64,000 bases of DNA from Camelus dromedarius (Eukaryota), in contig NC_087437.1 of assembly GCF_036321535.1 (NCBI RefSeq), forward strand, positions 23,810,001 through 23,874,000. The letters run 5' to 3'. Of the stretch, positions 1-12,760 are shown in pieces (the stretch's first letter is position 1; each line of letters begins with the position of its first letter). The translations under genes and the position numbers were made by a program. The notes below the pieces were generated by a model that did not search any database, had not been told where the DNA came from, and saw only the letters and a program-made list of their open reading frames with translations.

Positions 1-2159
1 TCAGTAACCATGGCCAGGAACCACCTCAGCCAGAAGGGCAAAAAGATTGAAATTTGTATATATATATTTTGCAATTAATCAATAAGGGGAACAATAAGCT
101 AATAAACACATGTAACAAAAGTGTACTAAAAGTTTTCAAAGGCCATATTAGTGTCTTACACTCTATCACATGAAGAACTAAAAAAGGAGAGTAAATTCTT
201 ACATGTATCTGGCCGTGATTACTTTTGTCAACATCACATTTTTATGATCAAAGATTATATATTAAAATTCATACCTATTATCTTTAAATATGCTAAGAGT
301 ACCTTAAATATATATGTATATATATATATATTTAAATAAAGATTAATAGACTAATAAATTCTGGAGTAGGAATAAGCAGTAGCCCTTAATTAGCACACTG
401 AACTAAACAGCTGAGTTTTTACTTAACAACTGTTTCTCATAGGACCACTCTGTAATATGCTCAGTTTTTAAAAAAATGTTCTGTGGCTTTTAATCAACTT
501 AGCAATTTTAAGGGACAGTTGTTTCAGTCATTCTCATCTTGCCTACGATATCCAAAAAAAGCACTCATTTCAAGGACAAATACTGACTAATAAATACCCA
601 GAAATACTATTTTTGAAATTAAACAGCAAAAAATTTTGTCTGAACAGACCACTGAATTGGAAAAAAAAAAAAGATCCATAGTTTCTGGAGTGCAAATCTA
701 TATATCTGAGATGGAAAAAAAGTTTTAATTTAAAATACAGTTAGTATTTAGTTGTTTGAGCCTGGGAAACTCAGTGCAAGTCAGAAATAATGTTCTAGAA
801 AAATAATTCATACACTAATACCTCTGCATCATATTAGGAACAGGTGGAGGCTCTTAAGCAGTGGAGTGCCATAAGTTCCTTAGTCCTTGCCAAATGAGTG
901 CCAGCTACGAATATAAGAGTATTTACCTTTTATGGGGCCAGGGAGAATTACCTCCTTGCACTGAAATCCCAGGAAAGGAAACTAAACAGACTCTTAAACA
1001 GAGCTCATTTGTCAAATTTGCTCTTTTCTTTCCTACTTGGTTACATTATTTTGAGTCTTAAACTATAGATTTGTAAAGCATAAGTACCTGTTGGCAAAAC
1101 TACTGCAGAACAAAATCTGGGTGGTCCTCACTTTCCTGTAGGTTTTCAATTTTCACAATCCATAATATTTCAGGCATGAAGTGGTGTCATAAGCTCTGGT
1201 GCAAAATGTGAAGTGACAGTTGTACCTGTATATGTGCCAGGTAGAATGAATAAAGCTCCTGTGAACTAAAGATACCTACCACGTGCATCCCTGTCCAATC
1301 TTCTTTACTGTTTCAAAGATCTTGTGGGTTTCTCAAACTTAATGGGTCTATTATAAGACATAATGCCACTCAGTTTTTTAAATGACTGAGCTGTGTCTTG
1401 GCTGAATTAATTAATTAACATATTAACTTTTAAATAATGCCTTTTCCTACTCCTAGTGAGAAACAAATCCCAGTAAAGCTTACAAGAAATAGAAAATCAT
1501 ATTTATCTTGTACTAAAGGGGAAAAAAAGTCTCTAATAAAGTTATATTACATATTGTTCCACTGGAATCATAATTGTTTCAGGACAAATACAGAACTTCG
1601 AATTATAATATTATTACACACTTTTTAACACTGTTAAATGGCAGCTTCTGAGGAAATTAAAGCATCATATATTACACACAAATGAATATATCTCTGTTAA
1701 AATTATTCTATCAGACATTATAAGATCCATTGCTGCTCTGGGATATTGGAAAATCACAAAACTCTGCTATGAAGGAGGAGAAACAGTGCGGATGATACCC
1801 CACTATGGCTCCACAATTTATATTACAGGAAAACTCTTTTGACCCACCTCTTGGGGGCCTGAATTTCTATTTAACTGCATGAAAAATATTGAAGTGTTAT
1901 CTGCAACCCAAAGGGGAAACATGCCTTATTTTGAAAGATCCTAAAACTACCATTCCTAAAACTAGGAATAAACTGGATTTGGATTACTTATCCAAATTTT
2001 ACTTCTTAATTGCCTAAAAACAAGCCAGTCAACGTGTTCCTCATAGTCCCAAGACAGGGATACATGTTCTTAATTATTTTAGAAAAACACTACTGCTCTA
2101 AAAACAGTCCCATAATTCTATGCCCCTAACATCCTACGAGTAATGAAAAATGAGATACT

Positions 2160-3120
2160 AGGGACTGGGTCAAATATTAAAAATAATAAATCTAGCCTTT
2201 ACTGAGTACATTCTACAGTGATAGACCCTGCCTGATAGTGTTAACACGTCATACTCTAACTCCTGTAACTTTTGATCATTACATAATTTCAGAGATGATC
2301 AAGGAAGGAACATGTGGAAGAAAGCGGCTCAGAGTCAGCAGCAGAGGCAGCTTCAAGTCATGCAGGTGGACTCCTGAGCTAACGGCTTTATCCTCAATGT
2401 GATACTGCCTGTGTCTTCCCACTTCTGGCGTTCCAGGGCGTCTAGCATAGTTTTGGCTCCAGCCATAGCCGTCATTAATACTTACTGTTCAGGGACAGCT
2501 AGCAGGTTCTATTAATCGTCCCTTCTAATACCCCCAAGTGCTAGCCGACTCCCCTGAGCCCAGGTTCTGCCCATGATCCAGAGCTGCTCTCAGCGCTGTG
2601 AAAAGATGTACTAAGCAAGTGCAGCCTACAAGGCGGTTTCAGGCAGGAAACACGTTGGCCTTAGATAGGTCCTGAGACTGCCTGGGGGTACCGCTGGGCT
2701 AGCTGGGCCCCTCGCTCGGTCTTACTCTGCTTCTGAGGTCGCTTCCGGAGGCCACTGGGCTACCATCCCTACCAGGTGAAGCCTCGCGCCCTGCCCCCAC
2801 CGGCCGCCTTGGTTCCTGCACGTGCGCATGCGCCCTGCCTCTGCCCTGGTCTGGGCAATAGGGACTGAGCCAGCTGAGACCGGGGGTCCAGGTGGTTCTC
2901 TTGCCCTGAGCCTTCTCGTTGCTGCTGGAAGGCGTGAGACCTGGACGCGGGACCACCACCTCAGGTAAGGCTCCAGGCGCGGATAGGCTGCCCTGCTCAC
3001 TTTCTTGCCCCTGGCGAGGCTCCAGAAATGTTGTTTCTGAGGCTCCAGGCTATGAGGAACAGCGACGTGGCCATCCGCGGGAAATTGGGAAGTAATTAAC
3101 GAGGGAGTCGCCACCTCTGT
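2160..3120 (+). repeat. Segmental duplication block A (copy of about 37447-38420)
   Basis: Direct alignment by eye, e.g. a long shared tract cctgtgtcttcccacttctggcgttcc...aggaaacacgttggcctt. Confidence 0.95.
2630..3120. promoter_or_regulatory. Duplicated PLSCR-type GC-rich promoter/exon 1 (minus-strand donor at 2691)
   Basis: Paralogous to 37915-38420; AGCCCAGCG|GTACCC on the minus strand; NRF1 consensus TGCGCATGCGC at 2823-2833; E-box CACGTG at 2819-2824; ETS core CTTCCGG at 2742-2748. Confidence 0.7.
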
Positions 3121-4329
3121 GGTGGCTACTTGCATGAGTACACACTCATATGTATGTATAGATGTACGTATGTTTATAGCTACATTCACTGAACTAATTG
3201 GTCAGTAAACAATAACAATATTTTTAGACTTCTTAACACCTACTGGTTGTTCACATACATCTAAATATGAAGCATGAGTGTTAGTGACTCAGTGCTGACC
3301 CAGTTGTAAATTCTACAAAGGTGCTCTCTGCTTGCTCCACCACTCTGCACCGTTTCCTCCTCTGCTGTCTCATCTCTAAAGTGGAAATAATATTATAAAA
3401 AGATTAGGGTCAAATAAGTTAATGTATAGTTAGTACATGTCTAATATGTACTCAATGCTCAATATGTGTTAAGTATTGTCATCATTATTATCAGCCTAGG
3501 TAGATAATGTGCTTTGATTTATTGCTAATCTTTTTTTTTCTCACCCTTCTGAATTTTTTGTTAACTCATGCTTTGGAATAAGGATTGCCAGAATAAATGA
3601 GATGTTTGTATCAGTGGGAAGAATTACAGTTAACTAGACAAACTAGGGGGTGAATTTATCACCTTGTAAAGAACACAATGTACTAACTAGCCACATTCCT
3701 TACCTATGATTTGAAGTATACTACCTGCAATTTTTATTTATGGATGAAAATATCATATTTATAATCGGAAGTGTGTGTCATTTCCACCAGTTAAAAATCC
3801 AAAAGATTTGGGAAATTTATATATGAGGTCGGCTTGCTGTTTGATGGTAATCTGTTTATGTTTATTTACTGCTTGTATTCCCTGGGGTTTCTTAATTTAC
3901 TTGCTGATTTCATTAAAACTGGCCACTGTAAAGACAAACGTGAACAAACTTTACCTATTTATTTATTTATATTTTGCTGCTACTCTGGCTTAGGAAATGA
4001 ACTAACTTTGCTCAAGCACAGCTAAAAGGCTAGAAATTCTCCAAATTGCCTCTCTGTATTAAAATAAGTCTTGAAGAATTAACTTGAGATAATACATACA
4101 TAACTCCTAATAGGTACAGCTCTGTTAAGTCATAAAATCAGAATTTATTCAGAGGTATTCAGAATCAGATGAGGATTCCAAGATGTATATATTCACTAAT
4201 ACATAATCCAGACAAATATATCTGTGGGATTTATTCCATCTGTATTCATAGTGGATGAATATGATGAGAAATTTGGCATATATATTCTGACTTGGAAGTT
4301 AAGATTGACTTTCACTCAGCAAATATATA

Positions 4330-4605
4330 TCAGGCTTCTTCTGTGATATCAAGTACTGTGCTTTGCACTAGGGAAGAAAAATTGAAAAAGTTTGTTTTTC
4401 TGAAAGTAGTACCATCTAGTGGCAAAAACACCCAAGTTGTATGTCTATAATTGCTATGAAATGTATATTATCATTTTAAACTCTTACTAACTTTTAAAAA
4501 TGTATGTAAGTTAGTATTTTTGTTTCTTGTTTGTTTTTAATATGGGAAATTTAGCCTTCTAAATTAGCTACATCTTTAGAGGTTTGAAATTGTACATGAA
4601 TATTC
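4330..4605 (+). repeat. Segmental duplication block B (copy of about 45420-45693)
   Basis: Shared tactgtgctttg...atgtctataa...aatttagccttctaaa...gaaattgtacatg. Confidence 0.8.
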
Positions 4606-4689
4606 ATTTTTTCAAGCAGAATTTATAAAAGAAGTAGTTTTCCTTCATGTGTTTTAGCAAACCCTCATCTGTCTACCTTGGTAAATTAA

Positions 4690-6310
4690 AAAAAAAAAAA
4701 GAGCAATTTAAATCCAAAATAAGCAGAAGAGAAATAATAAGAATTAGAGAAGAAATCAATGCAATTGAAAACAGAAAATAGAGAAAAATCAATGAAACCA
4801 AAAGCTGTTTCTGTGGAAATATCAATAAAGTCAATATGCCTCTAGACAGGCTAAGGGGAACAAAAAGAGAGGACATGATTAACATTAGAAAGGAAAGAGG
4901 CCATGGCACAGATCCCATGGACATTAAAAGAATAATAAAGAATACTGAACAATTCTGTGCCCACACATTTGATAACCTAGATGAAACGGACCAATTCTTT
5001 GAAGGACACAGTCTGCCAAAATTCAAAGAAGAAATAGCCAATCTAAATAGAACTATAACTATTAACGAAATTGAACCATAAATTGACAAGTTTCCAAAAC
5101 AGGAAGCACCAGACCCAAATGGTGCACTAGTGATCTCTATCAAATAATTAAGGAGGAAATTATACCAATTCTCTACAATCTCTTGAAGAGGATAAAAGCA
5201 GGGAAAATACTTCCTAACTCATTTTATTAGGTCAGCATTACCCTAACACCAAAACCAGACAAAGACATTACAGAGAGAAGAAACCTACAGACCAATATCA
5301 CTTGTGAACATATATGAGAAAACCTCAACAAAATATTAACAAAATGAACCTAACAACATATGAAAAGAATTACATACTATGCCCAAGTGGGATTTATCCC
5401 AGGTATGCAAATCTGGTTCAACATTTGAAAATCAATTAACATAATATGGCACATCAATAGATTAAAAAGAAAAATAACATGATTATATAAATACATGTAG
5501 AAATTGCATATGACAAAATCCATCATCTATTTATGATTAGGAAAAAGAAAGTCTCAGTAAACTAGGAATGGAGGGGAAGTTCCTCAGCTGGATACAAAAA
5601 TATCTATAAGATTGTACTGGAATTCTAGCTAATGCCTTAAGAAAAGGAAATAAAAAGCATACAGACTGGGAAGGAAGAAATAAACTGTCTTTGTTCATGT
5701 AGAAAATCAGAAAGAATCACAACCAAAACCTACTGGAACTTATAATAAGGAAGTATTAATGTTTCAGGATGTAAGATTAATATACAAAAGTCAATCATTT
5801 TCCTATACCAGAAATGAACAAGTGGAATTTGAAATGAAAAGCACAGTACTATTTACATGAGTACCCTGAGCATGAAATATTTAGATATAAATCTAACAAA
5901 GTATGTACAAATTCTCTATGAGTAAAAGTACAAAAACTGATGAATGAATTCAAAGGACCAAATAAATGGAGAGATAATCCATGTTCATAGTCAGGAATGC
6001 TCAATATTGTGAGGATGTCAGTTCTTCCCAACTTGATCTAAAGATGAAATGCAATCCCAGGTGAAATCCCAGGAAAGTTACTTTGTGAATATCGAAAATA
6101 AACTGATATTAAAGTTTACAAGAGGAGACAGAGACCCAGGATAAAGAGCACAATACTGAAGGAGAAGAACAAAGCTGGAGGATTGGCAGCACTGGACATC
6201 ACGGCTTAGGACAACGAAGCCACGGTAATCGAGACAGTATACTGTCAGTGAAAGAGCAGACAAATAGATCAACAGAACAGGACAGAGAGCCCAGATGTAG
6301 ACTCACAGAA
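4690..6310 (+). mobile_element. Degenerate LINE-1 ORF2 fragment
   Basis: ORF 4836..5081 (..INIRKERGHGTDPMDIKRIIK..FDNLDETDQF..) is L1 ORF2-like; L1 motifs caaaaccagacaaagac and ccaagtgggatttatcccaggtatgcaa; stops and frameshifts. Confidence 0.9.
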
Positions 6311-6949
6311 ACATCACTGTCATTGTGTCTGCTTTTTGTAAGCCTGTTTTTCTGCTCTGTCTCTCTCTAGTAGAATAGGACTGGTAGGCCCATGTATGAA
6401 GAATGCTTGTTATCTTTAGGGTGAGTAGATGGAGAAACCACTCCTTGGATGTTGAAGTGAGGAGAGCTTTGCTCTATGGCTCTGGAAGGCATTCCAACAA
6501 CTTTAGAAATCTTAATTCTGCATATGCAGTTAATTGTAATTATTTAAATAAGAATGCTATCTTTGGATGCCTAGGACTGGTGCTGGGCTGATTATGCTTA
6601 ATGTGCATGGGGAAAAGGAAGGGGTTTAGAAGTCAGGTGAGTTTGGGGCAATCTGACTAGCACAGTATTTCAGTAGACAGATTTTCAGTTAACATCTGCC
6701 TACTCCCATCTTGCATGACACTGCTGTCTTTGAGCCAGTTACCACCAAAGGATAAGGTCTTTTCTCCATTGCAAACTGTCCCTATGTGTTCCGGGCTATC
6801 TTTCGCTGGTTCTGATTTATCCATCTGTATCTTCACTTACTAAAATTTTATTATAGACTTAGGAGATAGGGGAAATACATCCTTATTTTCATTTGTTTTG
6901 AACTGGAAGCAACATTTGAGACACCTGTTTACAAAAGTAAATCTATTGG

Positions 6950-7935
6950 GAAAACATGTATATATTTTTCCAAAGACATACAGATGGCCAACAGACACGT
7001 GAAATGATGCTCAACATCACTAACATCAGGGAAACGTAAATCAAAAACACAGTGAGATATCACCTCACACCTGTAGAATGTTGTCAAAAAGATAATAAAT
7101 AACTGTTGGCAAGGATGTGGAGAAAAGAGAACCCTTGTGCACTTTTTGTGAGTATGTAAATTGGTGCAGCTATTATGGAAAACAATGTGGAGTTTCCTCA
7201 AAAAACTAAAAATAGAATTACCATACAATCCAGCAATTTCACTTCTGGGTTTTCATCCAACAAAGATGAAAACACTACTTTGAAAATAAAGCACTAATTT
7301 AAAAATGAACCCGTTTGTTCATTGTGTCATTATTTATAACTGCCAGATATGGAAGCAACCTAAGTGCTCATCAAAAGATAAACAGATAAAGAAGGTGTGT
7401 GTGTGTGTGTATACATACACACATATTTATATATGTGTATATATAATTGAATATTACTCAGCCATAAAAAGCAATGATGAAAAGCTTGACATTTGTGACA
7501 AAGTTATCCTGCTAAGTGAAATTGTCAGACAGAAAAAGAAAAATACTGTATGATCTCTTTTATGTGGGATCTAAAAAAAATAGTAGATAAGAGAACATAT
7601 TGGTGGTTACCAGAGGCAGTGGTTAGGGGTTTGTCAAAATGGATGAAGGTGGGAAAAATGTACAACTTTCCAGTTATAAGACAAATAAGTCCTGGGATGT
7701 AATATGACACATGGTGAGTATAGTTAATAATACCATATTGTGTATTTGAAAATTCATAAGAGAGTAGACCTAGAAGTTCTCATCACAGGGAAAAATTCTA
7801 ATTATATGAGGTAATGGATGTTGACTAAATTACTGTGGTAATCATTTTGCAATATATACATATTTCAAATCATTGTATTGTACACCTAAAGCTAATACAA
7901 TGTTATTTGTCAATTGTGTCTCAGTGAAACTTGGA
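6950..7935 (+). mobile_element. LINE-1 3' end (ORF2 C-terminus plus 3'UTR)
   Basis: agacatacagatggccaacagacac, ggatgtggagaaaagagaaccc, gaatattactcagccataaaaa. Confidence 0.9.
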
Positions 7936-7944
7936 AAGATATTA

Positions 7945-10900
7945 CTGCATTATGTACTGTTCTAAACAACGTGTCAAGATTCCTGTGAGGCTGCATCTTC
8001 CTGCTCCTTATCAGGCAATACTAAACTGCAGGTTGTCTGATTATTGACAATGATTACTTTACTGACAATGATCACTTTGATCACATGATCATAGTGGGGG
8101 CTGCCAGACTTTGCTGTGAAAGTTGCTCTTTCTCTCTTTAAAAGTAAAAGGATTTCATGGGAAAATATATTGAAGTCATATATATCTTTTTCTTCATCAA
8201 ACTAAACTTTCATGTTTCTTGTTATCAATAGGTACATAGTGTTCTATTTTCTCTAATGATTAATAATCTCTTATAAAATATTTTGATGTTCAGATTGTCC
8301 TTAATTTTGTGGCTGGAGTTCTTTCAACTTTATCCTTTGGACACGCCACCATCATTCCTTGAGCACTTCTTTGCTATTTCATGAATTCTTCGAGGCTCAT
8401 CTTGTACTTTTCCTGGCTTCAACTCTGGAATCAACTATTTCTCAAAGAGCCCAGTTTGAGTGGAGAATGGTATTTAGAAACCAAGAGCTAGTACTTGGTG
8501 GGCAGAATGATGACCTGAGATATGACACTTTCTCTTTGTTCTTTTCAGGGTGAAAAAGGCAGGAAAAGGGAGCCCCTGCTCCGAATGATCCATGACCCCA
8601 CGTCTCTCTAAGTCACATCACGCTGACGGACAGAATCTCTGAACTGGTAAGGTTTCTGCTCAAAGGCAGACATGGGAAATGGGGGACAAGGTCACAACAC
8701 CTTTATAGGATTTCTTTTTGTTCCGTATTCTTTGGTCCTTTAAATGTCTGTGATTAAACAGTGCTGAACTGGTTGAACCTTATTGATGAAGTAAGAAAAA
8801 ATGAACTAGATTGTGGGAATATCATGGAATTCAGGCTACAGAAACCATTCTACTAAGGCCTAATAATATCTATAATAATTGTTTTGTGAAGAAATAATCA
8901 TAATAGGGGTTATTATTATTTAAGAACATAAGTAGTTATTTTCATGAATTATTCTGATATATGGTCAATTCATTCACCTAAAAGAATACAGTTTGTCCTG
9001 ATTGCAAGAAAGTTTTCTTACTCTTTATTATTTTCTTGGCTCCATCTGAATTTTCCTTCTGGAATTTATGTTGTGCATAAAATGAAATAGATGTATATGT
9101 CTCTCAGGAATCATCTTTTTTCTCTACAGTTTGTGTTTATCTGACTTCCAGGAGAATTTATAAATTTTTTATTGTATTGTATTATCTTTCTACTTTATGC
9201 AATCTACTGTTCCATTGTCTCCATCATACTTTAAAATGTGGTCATCATATTTCACACCTTTACTAAAATTCTGCTGCATCAGAATGTTCCTGTTTCTCTG
9301 CTTCTCCAGAAATGAATATGCAACATCCCCTAAATGTCACTGAGGTTACAAATTAAGACATATGTTGCAATTCCTGATATTTTTGTTATTTAAATTTATA
9401 ACTTTCTATGTTTGATGACTTTTCTCTTTGTAAGTATCTAATGAGAAGTTATTTGTCTAGTATTTGAAATTAAATGAATTCTGCAGATAGTGTGTGTTTC
9501 TGCTCAAGGCTTCTCTGTGCAGTTGAGGAAGGAAGGAATTCAGATCTGTTGTAGATTTACTTTGCTTAACCAGAGATCCTGAGTCCTATGCAAATAAGTG
9601 GGAGGAGGAAAACAGGGAGGCTGAGGGGGAAAATTAAAGCAAGATGTAGCTGTCACAGAGATCACATCACTCCTTTAGTGTCCTTTTGGGTTGGTTGTGG
9701 TACCTGACTGCTGGCTTGGAAAGCCCTCCCCTTCTCTAACTGGCATAACTAATGCTCCTGGGATCCAGCTGTGCAAGTGCCTCATCTACCTGGCATGCTG
9801 TCTGTACCAACTGTAAACGGACCTGAGTGCCTCAGTTATAATTCATCATGAGAACCCGGCATCTGGTGAATTGATTAGGCTAATGAAAGGTGGTCTGGAC
9901 ACCACTTTTCCCGTAGCCCCCCTGCCCTCCCAGTGTTCTCAGCATCAGGAGCCAGTGGTGCTGGAGTTCTGCTGAGGGTGAAAGGGAGCCTCTCCCCTAA
10001 GCTCCTATTCCGTAAGCACACTTTCCCTTTGCATGAGGTAACCTGTGGGTTGGATCTCTCTCTCTTAATGCAATCTTCCCTACATAATCGATTGCAAAAA
10101 TTTCTTTAACTTTCTGACAGGTTAGAAATCCTAGTTTCCAGTACTGGAATTGATTTTACTAGTGGTTATCATATGCTTTCGCTCCTTTTAAAGGTGGTTT
10201 AAAACGGAGAGATGTAAATGTACAGGGTTCAGAATACCACCTAAATTGTTCATGGTTTGTTTAAAAATATCGACTATGCAAAGAAATATATCAACAGTTT
10301 TTTATCAGTTATTTGATTATTGGTATAAGTAATAAAAGACCATTGTTGAAGTTTATACTCTGCGAAGGAATATGTTTGTCTGTTAACACCTAGGGTGATC
10401 TCATAACTACCATGGTCTATGAGTGATAGAATATAGGAGGTAATGATTCGATATTAAAAATTACTCTCAAAATTGTAACCATACCCCAGTTTCAGAGTGA
10501 GTGAGACTTTACAATGTGTCCTTCTTTGGGACAGAGTCATATCTCTCTTTGTTCACTAAAAAAAAATCAAAACTTGGTAATTTATTCTTCTGCTAATTAA
10601 AGTCTAATAGTAGCAGATTAGACTATAGGGGAAGTTTATGTAGTGTGAATTCCTACATATAAAATAAATGCAAATTTTTACTTTTCCTTGGAAATACGTA
10701 TATTAAGTATTTTTTAGGCATACTTATAAAGGAAATTTAATACATATTAATTTAATATATACTAACTTTTGAATATACAACATTTGCAGAATAACATTAG
10801 TTGTTACATATGTAAAAATGTAAGTAGATTTAATTAAGTATATTTTGTATTATACTTACTTTAATAGTCTTTAATTAACTTTTGCTATAAAATGGAAAAA

Positions 10901-12760
10901 AATAATATAATATGATTCAAAGCAGTTTTTCATAAGAAGTTTCGTGTCTCAAGTTAAAAAGTCACATTCAAAGAAAATGTGTAAAAATATTTATAAGCCA
11001 GTAAACAAAATAAAATATATAATTTCGAAGTGAAATCACGTACCTGGGCTACAGGTATCATAGAGTATTTCACATATGGTATAATGACCTTCAAGGAAAA
11101 AACACTGAGTTTTCCTTTTACACAGTCCCAATCAGTGTAGACACTAAATTTTGACACTTTTTTTAAGATTGCTACAACAGTCCTGCTGTCAAAATCTTAG
11201 AGCATCCAGTATTTTCATAAAACATGAAATCCTAGATAAAACCAAAGATATAGAAATGAATTTTTAGCAGTAAAAGAGAGACAGTTCTCCGATGCAGAAA
11301 TGCTAAGGGATCAGATTTAACAGTAATACATCTGTTAAATATGAAAAATTAACTGTAAAAAATAAAATCTGGGGCAAGTCTATAGCTACATAAGTCTACC
11401 TTAAGCTTTCCACTTTAATAGCAATTAAATCCTGTAAGTTTATTCATTTGTTGATATCTGCATGAGTTTAATTAATCTTCTAGTAATTTCTCTCTATTTC
11501 ACTGTATTTTGTTTTACATATATATTTCATTATAATCCCCTTTGGCTCTTCCTTGTTTGTTCTTTCTTCCTCTACTTTTTGTAGTCCTTCTCTAGCAATG
11601 TAACTTGTGACTGGGGTTCCATGTACAATTTTTGGATTTTCTTTAGTAAGAATGACAGCCATGTCAAGAGTCAGAGTGCACATTAGACATTTTGTGTCCA
11701 TTTCATGATTTGTCTTCCAATTTGCTAACTTTGCTTGCCAGATTGTTTCATTGTATCATCATTGATCTAGACTCCCTCCCCTATGACTTTAGCCAAATCC
11801 TATGAAATTCATTTCTCTCACCTATTATTTTCCTTTATCCCTTCAACAGAAATAATTTAATCCTTATTGCTAATAACTTGCAGTTGCACTATTACAGTTT
11901 TACCTCTCAAATTCATTTCTCACATAGACACCAGGATTTATCTTTCAAAACTTTGGATGTATAACTAGGTATAACTATAAATATGTATAAAATTTACTTA
12001 TACCTAGTTTGAAACCAACAAATTAACAAAACAATTTTCAATGAATTGCCAACCTCTACAAAAAATTACTTAATCTTTAAAGGTCCTTTAGAGGAAGGCC
12101 AAAGTCATTTCCTAATAAGCCCACCACCCCGCCTCAGTCTCATGAACCGTCCAGCCAGACACCCCGGGTTGCCTCTCTTCCCTAAACGCACCACATCGTT
12201 CACATTATTCCTGCCTTTGTTGAACTGTTCCCTCAAGGTTAAGGGTAGATTTTGCTTTTCTGTGAAACCAACACTGAAAACACAGTTTTTACATAGAACT
12301 CTGGTTGTAAGTAATTATAGAAAATATTAAGCATATCCCAAATTAGACAGAATTGCATAACTAAGTCCCAAAGGCCCTTTACCCAGCTTCAGTGAATATT
12401 AACGTGACTAATCTTGGTTCAGCAATTATTCCATCTCTTATATCCTGCTCTCTTCTTTATTACTTACAAGCAAACCCTGATATTATACCATTTGATACTG
12501 AAATATTTTAGGATTTGCCTATAAAAGATATGGATGGTGTTTTCTTTTCTATAACCACTAGATCATCATCATTAGAGCTTAAAAAAAGCCTTAATAATTC
12601 ACTAATATCATCAAATAGCCAGTCAATGTTCAAATTCCCTGAATGTCTTGTAAATGTGTTTTCACATTGATTTCTTCAAATCCGTACCTAAACATGGTTC
12701 ACAAACTGTATTAGGTTGATGTCTCTCTCCTTTTTTAATTTTATTTTTATCTTTTTATCT
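7945..12760 (+). repeat. Segmental duplication block C (3' flank, 3'UTR, exon 9 and part of intron 8; copy of about 58680-64000)
   Basis: Collinear similarity throughout, including both terminal exons; the right copy has an extra L1 insertion at about 58897-59485. Confidence 0.93.
11172..11231 (-). CDS. PLSCR2: PLSCR2-like exon 9 coding part ([19 protein letters not shown])
   Basis: ttttatctag|GATTTCATGTTTTATGAA...TTGTAG; paralogous to 62502-62555. Confidence 0.88.
   Translation of the reverse strand, partial: DFMFYENTGCSKILTAGLL

Noticed and set aside
971..983. ISRE-like AGGAAAGGAAACT
   Set aside because: Only 1-nt spacing between GAAA cores, isolated, and easily due to chance in AT-rich DNA.
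1088..1225. Possible minus-strand coding exon (AG...GT bounded) downstream of the left exon 1
   Set aside because: Stops in all three frames and no scramblase similarity; a non-coding exon cannot be supported from sequence alone.
2699..3189. Minus-strand ORFs of 86 and 155 aa (and 37905-38245 ORFs) in the GC-rich patches
   Set aside because: Stop-poor GC-rich promoter sequence; frames are not conserved between the two paralogous copies and resemble no protein I recognise.
10581..10586. AATAAA (minus strand) as the polyA signal of the middle gene
   Set aside because: Plausible, but not conserved in the PLSCR1 copy, and several ATTAAA alternatives exist; it cannot be assigned without 3'-end data.
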